Positions 62,993 to 64,000 of a stretch of 64,000 nt of DNA are shown here, one piece after another. The position numbers and the translations under genes were made by a program. The notes below the pieces were generated by a model that saw only the letters and a program-made list of their open reading frames with translations, made no database searches and was not told the origin of the DNA. The stretch is taken from sequence record NC_031127.1. One strand, written 5' to 3'. Each line of letters starts with the position of its first letter. Position 1 is the stretch's first letter.

Positions 62993-63988
62993 ATGTCATT
63001 TACATTGCGTTGGAAGAACCCAAACGTAATTGCCACGGTGGTGAACATCTATCGTGACGTCAAAGATATTTCTGTTAGTGCACTACCTGCTCCGATTGCG
63101 ACGTTGTCGAACGGAGAAACCGAATGGCGTGATACCACCGCCGTGGGTGGGTCGACCTACTACTATTTGCTGACTGTGACCGCGAACGGTAAGACCGTGG
63201 CGACAGCGAGCCAGAAATACGTGGTGGAGGTCAAGCGCGGGATTGGTCCGATGACCATTATCCAGGGCGATGACCGTCTCGGTTTTATGGGCAATGTACC
63301 GTACGATGAGCAGTGGCAGCCTACTCAGATGCCTGCGAGCTTTCAGGCAATGTACCCGACGCTACTGACTGATCGTGTCAGCCTGAGTAAGTTTACCCGC
63401 AACGGTAAAATCCTGTACCTGCTCAATAGCAGCGCACAGTTCCTCGGACAGCAGTCGTGGGCGACGTTGTATCAGGCAGGGTTGGTGTACGGGACGGATG
63501 ACTTTGGGCCAGTTGGTGGCCACGGGACGTTACCCGATACCTTGCAGGATGCAAAGATTTATCACAATGGTGATGTGTATCGGATGCGTCTTGCGCGTGG
63601 ACTTACCGAAGAAGGCCAGTCACCAGCGTTTGCGTTTGACAGCAGCCTACATTTGAAAGACCACGATGCGGTCTCTGCGCTTACCGGATTTAACGAATAC
63701 AACGACCTGCTGTACAGCATGGTGGTGGATGTCCCGGTCAAACAGCGCTGGGCGAACTGGAACCAGCTTGGGTCGAATCTGTTAGGTGCGGGCAGTGTTG
63801 CCAGTAACTCGGTACTGATTAACGGTGGGGTACTTTGCCAAGAACACGACACGGCGACAGACAAGATTCTGCAACGTGGGTTGTTCTTGGCCACGACCCT
63901 GACGGCCACGTCGGCTATTCAACGTATTAACTACACCACCCCTGCTCAGCTAGGGCGTTACTTCCCTATCTTTGAGCTGGTTGAGTAA
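62993..63988 (+). CDS. Tail-associated family B protein with N-terminal Ig/FN3-like domain
   Basis: FTLRWKNPN..VNIYR..YYYLL; GDDRLGFMG, WATLYQAGLVYG. Confidence 0.7.
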   Translation: MSFTLRWKNPNVIATVVNIYRDVKDISVSALPAPIATLSNGETEWRDTTAVGGSTYYYLLTVTANGKTVATASQKYVVEVKRGIGPMTIIQGDDRLGFMGNVPYDEQWQPTQMPASFQAMYPTLLTDRVSLSKFTRNGKILYLLNSSAQFLGQQSWATLYQAGLVYGTDDFGPVGGHGTLPDTLQDAKIYHNGDVYRMRLARGLTEEGQSPAFAFDSSLHLKDHDAVSALTGFNEYNDLLYSMVVDVPVKQRWANWNQLGSNLLGAGSVASNSVLINGGVLCQEHDTATDKILQRGLFLATTLTATSAIQRINYTTPAQLGRYFPIFELVE

Positions 63989-64000
63989 GGAACGGTCATG

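Overview
This window is a gene-dense, mostly + strand segment of a phiKZ-like jumbo phage (Chimalliviridae-type; the SPN3US/Erwinia-phage resemblance is recalled, not searched). No tRNA, rRNA, CRISPR array or mobile element was seen. Core genes: virion structural genes (29-4015), DnaB-like helicase, major capsid protein, a non-virion RNA polymerase beta-like subunit, portal, baseplate genes and RuvC. A ~28 kb accessory region (25-53 kb) holds five GNAT or GNAT-like proteins with Dam inside their operon, a SLOG protein, dTMP kinase, an XRE regulator, a 2OG-Fe(II) oxygenase and a non-canonical QueC-like/DUF488 overlapping pair. It also holds a candidate phage proteolysis module: an Ntn-hydrolase (HslV/proteasome-beta-like) gene, a possible inactive paralog, an HslU-like ATPase with a much enlarged I-domain and no HslV-activating tail, and a probably inactive prohead-protease paralog. 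The window ends with an AmsF/WceF-like beta-helix gene and an array of nine paralogous or chimeric tail-associated genes. An AT-rich early-promoter motif occurs eight times, and cUUCGg terminators punctuate the operons. Family calls come from motif recognition by eye; no database search was run.
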